Positions 18,332 through 26,250 of a DNA stretch of 32,496 bases are shown here, piece after piece. Made by a program: the position numbers and the translations under genes. Source of the DNA: a candidate division WWE3 bacterium GW2011_GWC2_44_9 (GTDB lineage Bacteria > Patescibacteriota > WWE3 > UBA101185 > UBA10185); the NCBI GenBank assembly GCA_000994815.1, contig LCJU01000005.1:1-32496 (forward strand), given 5' to 3'. The stretch's first letter is position 1, and each line of letters opens with the position of its first letter. The notes beneath the pieces were generated by a model. It ran no database searches and was not told the origin of the DNA. It saw only the letters and a list, made by a program, of their open reading frames with translations.

Positions 18332-19242
18332 CTTGGTTACTATTAACCCTTGTAAGTCCCACCTTAAATGCGCTGGTAAATTTTATTGACAAATACATGC
18401 TTGAGCGGGTTATGAAAGGCCACGGCATTGGCTCGCTTACTATTATCTCTTCCCTAATGGGCTTACCAATAGCCTTGTTGATCCTATTAGTCAATCCACA
18501 GGTTTTTACTATTTCCCTCGGCCATGCTTTGCTTATTATGCTCAATGGGCTGTTTTATATCCTTTGGGTGCTGCCATACCTATACGCCTTAGACAAAGAC
18601 GAAGCCTCCATTGTTATGCCGCTTTTTCAACTAGCCTCCGTCATGAGTTTTATACTGGCATACATCTTTCTTGGGGAAACATTAACTATCACCCAAATGC
18701 TTGGCTGTGTGCTGGTACTGGCTGGCGGTGTTGGCATCTCGCTGGAAAAAGTTGAAGGCAAGGTGAAAGTAAAAACCGCGGTACTTGGTTTGGTACTGCT
18801 TTCGTGTTTTTTTATTGCGGTAAGTGGCGTGATTTTTAAGTATATCGCGTTGGAAGAAACCTTTTGGGTAACATCTTTTTGGGAGACTATTGGTATCTTT
18901 CTTTCTACCATCCCACTTTTTGCCGTTAAAAGTTATAGAACTCAATTTGCTAAAGTTATAAAGTCAAATGGCCCAAAAGTCCTGCTGATTACTACCGGAT
19001 CTGAGCTTTTGGTTGCCGCAGGCAGGTTGGCGTTAAATCTCGCTACACTCCTTGTTCCAATAAGTTTAGTCTACTTTGTGGACTCCGGTTTTAGCCCATT
19101 TTTTGTTTTGGTCTATGGCATAGTACTCACCAGGCTTTTTCCAAGGTTTGTTAAAGAAAAAATTGACCGTGTGAGCATCGCCAAAAAACTTATTGCGATC
19201 TGCGTTATGTTTGCCGGCACTTTTGTGCTTTCGTTTCTTTAG
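18328..19242 (+). CDS. EamA/DMT-family transporter
   Basis: About 10 TM segments with internal duplication; AL...EASIV.P, LAYIFLGETLT and KEK motifs. Confidence 0.88.
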   Translation: MTWLLLTLVSPTLNALVNFIDKYMLERVMKGHGIGSLTIISSLMGLPIALLILLVNPQVFTISLGHALLIMLNGLFYILWVLPYLYALDKDEASIVMPLFQLASVMSFILAYIFLGETLTITQMLGCVLVLAGGVGISLEKVEGKVKVKTAVLGLVLLSCFFIAVSGVIFKYIALEETFWVTSFWETIGIFLSTIPLFAVKSYRTQFAKVIKSNGPKVLLITTGSELLVAAGRLALNLATLLVPISLVYFVDSGFSPFFVLVYGIVLTRLFPRFVKEKIDRVSIAKKLIAICVMFAGTFVLSFL

Positions 19243-19245
19243 GAC

Positions 19246-19274
19246 TTCACATTTTGTAAAGTCGCGTGTAAAAT
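19246..19274 (+). promoter_or_regulatory. Sigma70 promoter for a small ORF
   Basis: TTCACA (19246-19251)-17 nt-TAAAAT (19269-19274)-6 nt-GTG. Confidence 0.65.
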
Positions 19275-19280
19275 CCACTT

Positions 19281-19400
19281 GTGGCTTCAATTAAAAACCT
19301 GCACAAACACGCTAAAAAAACCGACCTGTATAAAAAAGTCTTGGTGGTGATGGCATCTCTCGCCCTTTTGGCCACAACGGTTCTGCCTTTTGTCCTTTAA
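19281..19400 (+). CDS. 39-aa single-pass membrane peptide (basic N-terminus, hydrophobic C-terminal helix)
   Basis: MASIKNLHKHAKKTDLYKKVLVVMASLALLATTVLPFVL*. It fills the intergenic gap, has its own promoter, and is not in the supplied ORF track. Confidence 0.7.
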   Translation: MASIKNLHKHAKKTDLYKKVLVVMASLALLATTVLPFVL

Positions 19401-19429
19401 CCTTATGGTGGTGCTAAAATCTAAAAGCT

Positions 19430-21451
19430 ATGGCAACGTACACCGGCAAAACGGGCGTTAGATATATCCCAAAAGTGGGGCCAAAATTTGAGCGGGAGCT
19501 GGAGAGGTTTGGCATTAAAACAGTGAGCGACCTTTTGTATCATTTTCCCTTTAGGTACAACGATTACTCCAACCTGTCCAGCATTGCGGAAGCCAAACCA
19601 GACGAGATTGTTTCCATAACAGGAACAATGGCTAAACCGGTGAACGTTCTTGCCAAAAACGGCAGGAGGCTTACCATTAGTCAGTTGGCCGACGCAACCG
19701 GCCGCATGACGCTTATTTGGTTTAACCAGCAGTATTTGAGAAACATACTTAAAGCTGGCGAGCAATATAGTATAAGCGGCAAAGTCTCTTTATATAACGG
19801 TAAAAAATGCATTTTTGCTCCGGAATATGAAGAAGGGGAGGGTGGAACAAAAACCGGCCGACTTATTGGCGTTTATCCGGCATCATACGGCATATCATCT
19901 AAATTCCTGCGCTCTAGGATTAACGACGTCATACCAAACTTTGTAGCTGACGAATTTTTGCCTGAAGAGCTGCTAATAAAATATGGCTTACCTTCTTTAC
20001 ATAAAGCTCTCATGTATATGCATTCTCCAACTACTTTAGCAGAAACAACAAAAGCCCGTGAGCGCTTTGCCTATGAAGAAATGCTCTTGGAGCTACTGGG
20101 TGTTCAGCAAAGAAAAAGCGACTGGAAAAAAACGGCTGCCGGCTGTAGGATTCTATGTGAACCCTACAAAAACCAGCTAACCGACTTCATAGCTAAATTG
20201 CCGTTTGCGTTGAGCCCCAGCCAGCACAAGACGCTCGTCGATATCTTTGCCGATTTTGAGAGGGAGCATCCAATGAACAGACTTCTGGAAGGCGATGTGG
20301 GCAGCGGCAAAACCGTTGTTAGCCTAGTGGCGGCGTACGTAGCTTATCTAAACGGATATAAAACTGTGCTAATGGCACCAACCGAAATCCTGGCCACCCA
20401 GCATTATGCAACTTTTACCAAACTGTTTAACCATTCTGGCGTTAAAGGCCTAAAATTGGTTCTTAAAGACGCCTCGGCAAAGGACTACGATAACTCTTTT
20501 GACATCGCTATCGGCACACACGCACTGCTTTACACTAAACAGCAACTAACCAAACTTGGCCTTGTAGTAATTGACGAACAGCACCGGTTTGGCGTTGAAC
20601 AAAGAACTTTCCTGCTTGAGTCAACCGACAAAATCGGCATACCAAACATGCTGGCGATGACCGCAACCCCAATTCCAAGAACCCTTGCGTTAACCCTTTA
20701 TGGTGACCTTGACATATCAACCATAGACCCGCATACCAGCAAGGGTAGAAATGTTGTAACAAAGGTGGTTACAGCCGATCAGCGAGCCAAAGTATATGAC
20801 TGGCTAAAATCGCACAATCAACAAACCTTTATCGTCTGTCCGTTCATTCAGGAGTCGGAAAACGCCGACTTTGAAAACGTAAAAGCGGCAGAAAGCGAGT
20901 TTATCAAGCTTAAAAAGATTGTTCCGGCGGACAAAGTCGCCTTAATTCACGGCCGTATGCCCGCTAAGGACAAAAATCACGCACTGGACTTGTTTAGAAC
21001 CGGAAAAATCACATATCTGGTTTCCACACCAGTAGTAGAAGTGGGCATAGATGTTCCGGACGCCGCCGTGATAGTAATAGAAAGCGCCGAAAGATATGGT
21101 CTAGCTTCACTGCATCAGCTTAGGGGCAGAGTGGGTAGAAGAGGGGATAAAGGCTTTTGCTTTTTGATGTACTCTGGCAAGTTTAAAGCCTCGTTTGACA
21201 GGCTAAAACATATGGAGCGCATCGCTAATGGCCTCGAGCTGGCCGAGCTGGACTTAAAACTTAGAGGCCAGGGCGACATTTACGGAACAATGCAAAGCGG
21301 CATAAAAACCTTTAAAATAGCAAACGTCTACGACATAGAATTGCTACAAAGGGCAAAAGAGGATGCGGAGCTGCTTGCTAACGATCTTAACCGATATCCA
21401 GCATTAGTCAACAAATTAATGGAAAAGGGTAAATATATAGGCAACAACTAA
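19430..21451 (+). CDS. recG: ATP-dependent DNA helicase RecG
   Basis: MNRLLEGDVGSGKT, APTEILA.QH, IDEQHRFGVEQR, MTATPIPRTL, LHQLRGRVGR and DLKLRGQG motifs. Confidence 0.98.
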   Translation: MATYTGKTGVRYIPKVGPKFERELERFGIKTVSDLLYHFPFRYNDYSNLSSIAEAKPDEIVSITGTMAKPVNVLAKNGRRLTISQLADATGRMTLIWFNQQYLRNILKAGEQYSISGKVSLYNGKKCIFAPEYEEGEGGTKTGRLIGVYPASYGISSKFLRSRINDVIPNFVADEFLPEELLIKYGLPSLHKALMYMHSPTTLAETTKARERFAYEEMLLELLGVQQRKSDWKKTAAGCRILCEPYKNQLTDFIAKLPFALSPSQHKTLVDIFADFEREHPMNRLLEGDVGSGKTVVSLVAAYVAYLNGYKTVLMAPTEILATQHYATFTKLFNHSGVKGLKLVLKDASAKDYDNSFDIAIGTHALLYTKQQLTKLGLVVIDEQHRFGVEQRTFLLESTDKIGIPNMLAMTATPIPRTLALTLYGDLDISTIDPHTSKGRNVVTKVVTADQRAKVYDWLKSHNQQTFIVCPFIQESENADFENVKAAESEFIKLKKIVPADKVALIHGRMPAKDKNHALDLFRTGKITYLVSTPVVEVGIDVPDAAVIVIESAERYGLASLHQLRGRVGRRGDKGFCFLMYSGKFKASFDRLKHMERIANGLELAELDLKLRGQGDIYGTMQSGIKTFKIANVYDIELLQRAKEDAELLANDLNRYPALVNKLMEKGKYIGNN

Positions 21452-21452
21452 T

Positions 21453-21998
21453 ATGATCAGAGTAACATCGGGCAGCGCAAAAGGCAGAAAACTGACAACA
21501 CCTCACAACACCCAAAAAGTAACGGCGGTAAAAGAGGTTGTCAAACTGGCTATTTTCTCCATTATTGGCGACCAAATCATAGATGCCAAATGCTTGGATT
21601 TATATGCCGGCAGTGGCAATCTCGGCATAGAAGCTTTAAGCAGAGGCGCTAAGCATTGTGACTTTGTGGATGATTGTAAACAAGCAGAAGAGGCAATCAT
21701 TAAAAATCTCCGCGCGACGGGCTTTACAGGCCAATCTGACGTACGCCGCATTGACACGCTAAAGTTTTTGGACGGAACAGGGACTACATACGATTTAATA
21801 TTTGCTGACCCCTATTACTCTCAATCCAACCTAAAGCACTTGATCAAGCTGGGGGTAGAAAAACTGAACAATGGCGGATACTTTTTTATCCTGTCTGCCA
21901 CTCAAGTGGAGTTTCCAACTCTCGATCGGCAAGTTTACATTCAAACACGAAAATATGGCAGGACTCTTTTGACCATATTAGTACCTCATCCAGCTTGA
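21453..21998 (+). CDS. rsmD: 16S rRNA m2G966 methyltransferase RsmD family
   Basis: IRVTSGSAKGRKL, LDLYAGSGNLGIEALSRGA, IFADPYY and RKYG motifs. Confidence 0.92.
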   Translation: MIRVTSGSAKGRKLTTPHNTQKVTAVKEVVKLAIFSIIGDQIIDAKCLDLYAGSGNLGIEALSRGAKHCDFVDDCKQAEEAIIKNLRATGFTGQSDVRRIDTLKFLDGTGTTYDLIFADPYYSQSNLKHLIKLGVEKLNNGGYFFILSATQVEFPTLDRQVYIQTRKYGRTLLTILVPHPA

Positions 21999-22040
21999 AC
22001 TAAGGTTGACAAAACCGCCAAAATCAATTTATATAGTCCC

Positions 22041-22190
22041 ATGCAAGTCCCAAAACGCAAAAGCAGCAAGAGCAGGGTAAGAATAAAGAAGAACTCACAC
22101 TATGTACGACCAACAATTCAGGTAGTAAAGTGTGAGAGCTGCGGCAGTCCAAAGCTTCCGCATCGAGTTTGCCCAAAATGCAAAAGATGA
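22041..22190 (+). CDS. rpmF: 50S ribosomal protein L32 (zinc-ribbon form), not in ORF track
   Basis: MQVPKRKSSKSR...CESCGSPKLPHRVCPKCKR*. TTGACA lies upstream at 22006-22011. Confidence 0.95.
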   Translation: MQVPKRKSSKSRVRIKKNSHYVRPTIQVVKCESCGSPKLPHRVCPKCKR

Positions 22191-22636
22191 ACAGGTTCCT
22201 TTCTTCGAAAGTAGATTCCAGGCATGAAGCCAGAAAACTAGCCCTTTTAAAGCTATATTCCGAGCTATATGGCGGGCAGGAAGGCCTACCCGAGGATTTA
22301 GTCTTTGAAATACCTCAAACAGCAGAAGCCAACCTAGCTCTACTGGAAACTATGGTTAAAGGTGTTAGGGCCAATTTAAGTCAAATAGACCAAATAATTA
22401 CCGAGTGCGCGCCGGAATGGCCTATAGACAGAATTGCCAAGCTTGATCTGGTAATCATGCGGGTGGCAGTTTATGAACTAATGGCGGCCGATATAAGCAA
22501 AAACGTTGTAATTGATGAGGCAATAGAACTAGCTAAAGAATTTGGAAGTGAGTCGTCAGGCAAGTTTGTAAACGGAGTTTTAGGCTCCGTAGTTGACCTG
22601 CTCCATAAAAAGGCGGCAGAACATGAAGAACAGTAA
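22187..22636 (+). CDS. nusB: Transcription antitermination factor NusB
   Basis: RHEARKLAL..LY, APEWPIDRI..LD..I.R.A.YEL and IDEAIELAKEFG...SGKFVNGVL motifs. ATGA overlap with rpmF. Confidence 0.96.
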   Translation: MNRFLSSKVDSRHEARKLALLKLYSELYGGQEGLPEDLVFEIPQTAEANLALLETMVKGVRANLSQIDQIITECAPEWPIDRIAKLDLVIMRVAVYELMAADISKNVVIDEAIELAKEFGSESSGKFVNGVLGSVVDLLHKKAAEHEEQ

Positions 22637-22862
22637 TTTTAAAGATAAAGTCAAGCAAATCATCAGTAAAAAAGCCGGTGTTGAACCGTGCGATGTGGAT
22701 GAGGAGCTGTTCTTTGGCGACGACCTCAATTTAGGCGACATAGAACTAACCGAAATTCTGGAGGAACTAGAAGAGCTTTTTAAGGTGGAGCTTTTAGAGG
22801 ACCAGAGTAAAATTGAAAGTGTCAGAGATTTAATGGAACTGCTTGAGGAAAAACTGGAATGA
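22623..22862 (+). CDS. acpP: Acyl carrier protein-like protein lacking the phosphopantetheine serine
   Basis: Acidic 79-aa ACP-fold pattern (KVKQII......V, F.DDL, EI...LEE.F.VE, KI.SVRDL) directly upstream of rnc. The DSL motif reads GDI. Confidence 0.8.
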   Translation: MKNSNFKDKVKQIISKKAGVEPCDVDEELFFGDDLNLGDIELTEILEELEELFKVELLEDQSKIESVRDLMELLEEKLE

Positions 22863-23563
22863 TTGACCTTGCAGAACTGGCAAAAACCCTGCAAACAGCA
22901 ATACAGGATCACAGCCTCTTTGAAACGGCCTTTACACACAGGTCGTACCTAAACGAGCATCATGCCGTAAATACAAATTCCAACGAGCGGCTTGAATTCT
23001 TAGGTGACGCAGTACTGCAACTTCTCTCTTCTGACTACCTCTTTACCAACTTTCCAAACTCACCCGAAGGCGAACTTACAAACTATCGGTCGGCCATTGT
23101 GTGCACGCCGTCTTTGGCTCAAGAATCACAAAGGCTGGACTACGGCAAGTTCCTATTACTATCCAGAGGCGAAGAGTCCACAGGCGGCAGAACCAGGGAA
23201 TATATTTTAGCCAATACCTTTGAAGCGGTGCTTGGCGCTTTATATCTGCAAAACGGCTTGGACTTTTGCCGTGAATTTGTCAAAAGGGAGCTATTGTACA
23301 AAATAGACGACATTGTTAAGGAAGAAAAGTACAAAGACGCAAAATCCAAGTTTCAGGAGCTGGCACAAGAGAAGTTGGGCATTACACCAGAGTATGAGCT
23401 GGTAAGCTCGTGGGGCCTGGATCACGAGAAAACCTTTAAGATTGCGGCAAAAGTTGGAGGCAAAACATACGGGGAAGGCACTGGCAAAAGCAAACAAAAG
23501 GCAGAAATGGAAGCGGCGGCGGAGGCCTTAAACAAATTAACTGGCACCGGTCAAGCCCTGTAA
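22859..23563 (+). CDS. rnc: Ribonuclease III
   Basis: AFTHRSY.NE, NERLEFLGDAVL, LANTFEAVLGALYL and a C-terminal dsRBD. Confidence 0.98.
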   Translation: MIDLAELAKTLQTAIQDHSLFETAFTHRSYLNEHHAVNTNSNERLEFLGDAVLQLLSSDYLFTNFPNSPEGELTNYRSAIVCTPSLAQESQRLDYGKFLLLSRGEESTGGRTREYILANTFEAVLGALYLQNGLDFCREFVKRELLYKIDDIVKEEKYKDAKSKFQELAQEKLGITPEYELVSSWGLDHEKTFKIAAKVGGKTYGEGTGKSKQKAEMEAAAEALNKLTGTGQAL

Positions 23564-23564
23564 G

Positions 23565-23670
23565 GTTGATAATTCGAGCGTGTTTTCGCTATGTGAGAAT
23601 TTAGATGTACTCATCGGCTGATGCGCAGCGTCACACAGCAAACCACCTGCGTAAGCTGGTGGTTGTTGAT
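23565..23670. mobile_element. Putative ~100-bp non-autonomous hairpin element (IS200/IS605-end-like or REP-like)
   Basis: GTTGAT occurs at both 23565-23570 and 23665-23670. Subterminal hairpin AACCACC-T-GC-GTAA-GC-T-GGTGGTT (23641-23664), plus small stems at 23577-23590 and 23617-23629. Confidence 0.45.
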
Positions 23671-23694
23671 TTTTGTCTATCTGACTGCTAGAAT
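23666..23694 (+). promoter_or_regulatory. Sigma70 promoter of rpsP operon
   Basis: TTGATT-17 nt-TAGAAT with extended TG, 9 nt before ATG 23704. Confidence 0.65.
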
Positions 23695-23703
23695 TCCCGG
23701 GTC

Positions 23704-23970
23704 ATGAGCATAAAAATACGATTAGCCAGAATAGGTAAAAGAAACGCCCCCACCTACAAAATTGTGGTAACCCAAACACGGTCAAAAAGAAACGGCAAGG
23801 TTCTTGCAATTTTAGGAGACTACAACCCAATAACATCAACTAAACCCGTGATTAACGCAAAAGGCATTGAAGACTGGGTTAAAAAAGGCGCGCTCGTGAC
23901 GGATGCAGTCAAGAGCTTGCTGGACGGCACATATACTTACCAAAAATATACTCCAAAAGCGAGCGCTTAA
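23704..23970 (+). CDS. rpsP: 30S ribosomal protein S16
   Basis: IKIRLARIGK...P.YKIVV...R..RNGK....LG.YNP and W.KKGA motifs. Confidence 0.97.
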   Translation: MSIKIRLARIGKRNAPTYKIVVTQTRSKRNGKVLAILGDYNPITSTKPVINAKGIEDWVKKGALVTDAVKSLLDGTYTYQKYTPKASA

Positions 23971-23973
23971 CTT

Positions 23974-24213
23974 ATGAAAGACTTTATTGACTTTTTAGTC
24001 AAGAAAATAGTTAAAAACCCCGACGCCGTTAGCATTGATGAAACTTCCGAGGGCACAAATTTTATGTTTTTGATAAGCGTTGATCCTACAGACATGGGCC
24101 TCCTGATTGGCAAAGAGGGCAGAACCATAAATAGCATTAGAACTCTTGCTAAGGCTAGGGCAGTTAAAGAAAATATCTGGGTGGATGTAAACGTCAAAGA
24201 AACTCAAGTTTAG
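23974..24213 (+). CDS. khpA: KH-domain RNA-binding protein KhpA
   Basis: DMGLLIGKEGRTINSIRTL; follows rpsP. Confidence 0.93.
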   Translation: MKDFIDFLVKKIVKNPDAVSIDETSEGTNFMFLISVDPTDMGLLIGKEGRTINSIRTLAKARAVKENIWVDVNVKETQV

Positions 24214-24867
24214 ATGCATAACTACTACGTTGTTACTTTATTTCCTGAACTGATTGAGCCATACCTGGCACATCTTCCGTTTAAGCGCGCCCTGGAAAAA
24301 AACTTAATCCAAGTGCGGCTTGTTAACTTGCGCGACTTTGCCATAGACAAACGGGGTACAGTAGACTCGCCGCCCTACGGAAGCGGACCCGGCATGATTC
24401 TTAGACCCGAGCCGTTATATAACGCCGTACAAAGTGTTGCTAAAGGATTAACAAACAACCCACGGATTATTTTTTTGACGCCGAGAGGCAAAACGTTTAA
24501 TCAGCAAATCGCCCAAGAAATTGCCAAAGCGGAAAACATGATATTGATATGCGGCAGATACGAGGGTTTTGACCAACGGGTGGTAGAAGAACTACAGGCT
24601 GAAGAACTATCCATAGGCAAGTATGTGTTATCAGGCGGCGAAGCCGCCGCAACAGTAGTACTGGAATGCTCCATTCGGCTTATACCGGGCGCCATTGACA
24701 ACGCTAAAGCCCTAGTAAACGAGTCTTTCAACACGGCCAACGTAGAGCATCCACAATATGCCCGACCGCAAACTTGGCGGGGTCGTAGCGTGCCAAAAAT
24801 TTTAACCGAGGGTCACCACAAAAAAATTGCGAGCTGGAAGTTGTCGGCTAAAGCTTGGGTAGAGTAG
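24214..24867 (+). CDS. trmD: tRNA (guanine-N1)-methyltransferase
   Basis: VTLFPE, VDSPPYGSGPGM, ICGRYEGFDQR, SIGKYVLSGGE and EHPQYARP motifs. Confidence 0.98.
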   Translation: MHNYYVVTLFPELIEPYLAHLPFKRALEKNLIQVRLVNLRDFAIDKRGTVDSPPYGSGPGMILRPEPLYNAVQSVAKGLTNNPRIIFLTPRGKTFNQQIAQEIAKAENMILICGRYEGFDQRVVEELQAEELSIGKYVLSGGEAAATVVLECSIRLIPGAIDNAKALVNESFNTANVEHPQYARPQTWRGRSVPKILTEGHHKKIASWKLSAKAWVE

Positions 24868-25630
24868 CGTCAATGGCTTGGGCGTAGTTAGTAAACTCGT
24901 CAAGCCTGCCCATAAAGTCACGGTATTTAGTGTCTTTCAAATCAATAGACGCAGAGGTCTGGGTATAAACTGAAAAACCCGGATTTAAGTAAGGCGAGGC
25001 CATAAGCAGGGAGGTTTCATAAGAAGTGTCATTAAAACTTGAGGCAATTTTTCCGACTTTAAAAAGTCTAATGGAGTTCTCGGAAACCTGCAAGAAGTCC
25101 ACAAGTTTTTGCAGATCTGCAGTTTCGATCTTAACGTCAACATCTTCTTCCCGATACAAGGCGGGGTCGGGGGCAGGGGAAATCGGTTGACCCTCTGTAG
25201 ATGCTTCTGCCACAGGTACGGCAGGCAGATCTTCTGCTTTATTCGTATAGGAAAGTGAGTTAAAGATTACCTTGGCATCGGTGCTCATACGCCGCACCTG
25301 CTCGGAGAGTTCAGGAACTTTATCGCGCTCCTCCAAAGCCCAAGATAGTTTGGTCAAGTCCTCCGTTACCAAGCCTCTGTTAGTCTCCAAGTCCTCCAGC
25401 TGGGCAACTTTTGCCTGAAGTGAGGCCGCTTCCACAGTCTTACTTTCCAGCTGACCGGCTAAGTCCGGCAGGGACTTATACACAGGTGTAATCACAAAAA
25501 CCGCTAAACCAACAATGATGATCAAAAACAACAGAGGAATAGCAAAATTAATAATGAAATCTCTAAAGCCTGCGGCTACCTGTCTAGCTCGTTCTTCGGA
25601 TTTTACGTTGAGGTTTTCAATTACAATCAT
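24848..25630 (-). CDS. pilO: PilO-like type IV pilus assembly protein
   Basis: N-terminal TM, coiled coil, LQKLVDFLQVSENSIRLFKV; follows pilM-pilN. Confidence 0.75.
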   Translation of the reverse strand: MIVIENLNVKSEERARQVAAGFRDFIINFAIPLLFLIIIVGLAVFVITPVYKSLPDLAGQLESKTVEAASLQAKVAQLEDLETNRGLVTEDLTKLSWALEERDKVPELSEQVRRMSTDAKVIFNSLSYTNKAEDLPAVPVAEASTEGQPISPAPDPALYREEDVDVKIETADLQKLVDFLQVSENSIRLFKVGKIASSFNDTSYETSLLMASPYLNPGFSVYTQTSASIDLKDTKYRDFMGRLDEFTNYAQAIDATLPKL

Positions 25631-26238
25631 TTTAGAAACGCTCCTTCGTTAATCTTAAAACTAATGGCATATTCAACGGACCCCGCTTTGCGTGTTTGGG
25701 CTTTTCGATCGTCTACGGACAGAGTCTCAAGCCGTACGTCGGTAAACGCGTTCTTGCCTGTTAGCTCAACTGCCGGGTCACTAGCCGCATTGCCGGAGCG
25801 GGAAAGTTCCGTGATAAATGCGGCAACTTGCGATGGATTAGTGGAAAATCCACTAACGTTTGCCTTTTTACCGCCCGATTCAAACGCAATATCATCCACG
25901 GTAACTTCACTAGGCACCCTGGCAATAAGTTCCTTAACAACACTGGAATAGGCTACCCGTGTTTCCATATACCTTTGTAAAAGAAAATACTTGCCCGCCA
26001 ATTTCTTTGAAACTTCCTCAACATCGCTTAACTCGGCTCTTCTACTCTCCAAGGCCAAAACCCTCTGGTCAACAGCAAAAATTTGCGCCTTATAGCTTAG
26101 GGACCTATAAACTACATACCCAGCGGCAAGCAGACACATAACTAATAGAACCGCGCTAATTTTTGTGGAGGTACCAACAAAGTACTGGGTTTTTTGTCTT
26201 TTGATCTCCTGTGGGGGAGTAAGATCAACTTGAAGCAT
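25627..26238 (-). CDS. pilN: PilN-like type IV pilus assembly protein
   Basis: N-terminal VDLTP (INLLP-like), TM, coiled coil, ELIARVPSEVTV and VSG......VAAFI.EL. Confidence 0.8.
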   Translation of the reverse strand: MLQVDLTPPQEIKRQKTQYFVGTSTKISAVLLVMCLLAAGYVVYRSLSYKAQIFAVDQRVLALESRRAELSDVEEVSKKLAGKYFLLQRYMETRVAYSSVVKELIARVPSEVTVDDIAFESGGKKANVSGFSTNPSQVAAFITELSRSGNAASDPAVELTGKNAFTDVRLETLSVDDRKAQTRKAGSVEYAISFKINEGAFLK

Positions 26239-26250
26239 ACATCTATAGTA

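Noticed and set aside
23564-23703. SRP RNA, tRNA or hammerhead ribozyme in the rnc-rpsP spacer
   Set aside because: There is no SRP domain IV motif and no cloverleaf. The minus-strand CCGATGA...GAAA deviates from CUGANGA and lacks a proper stem II.
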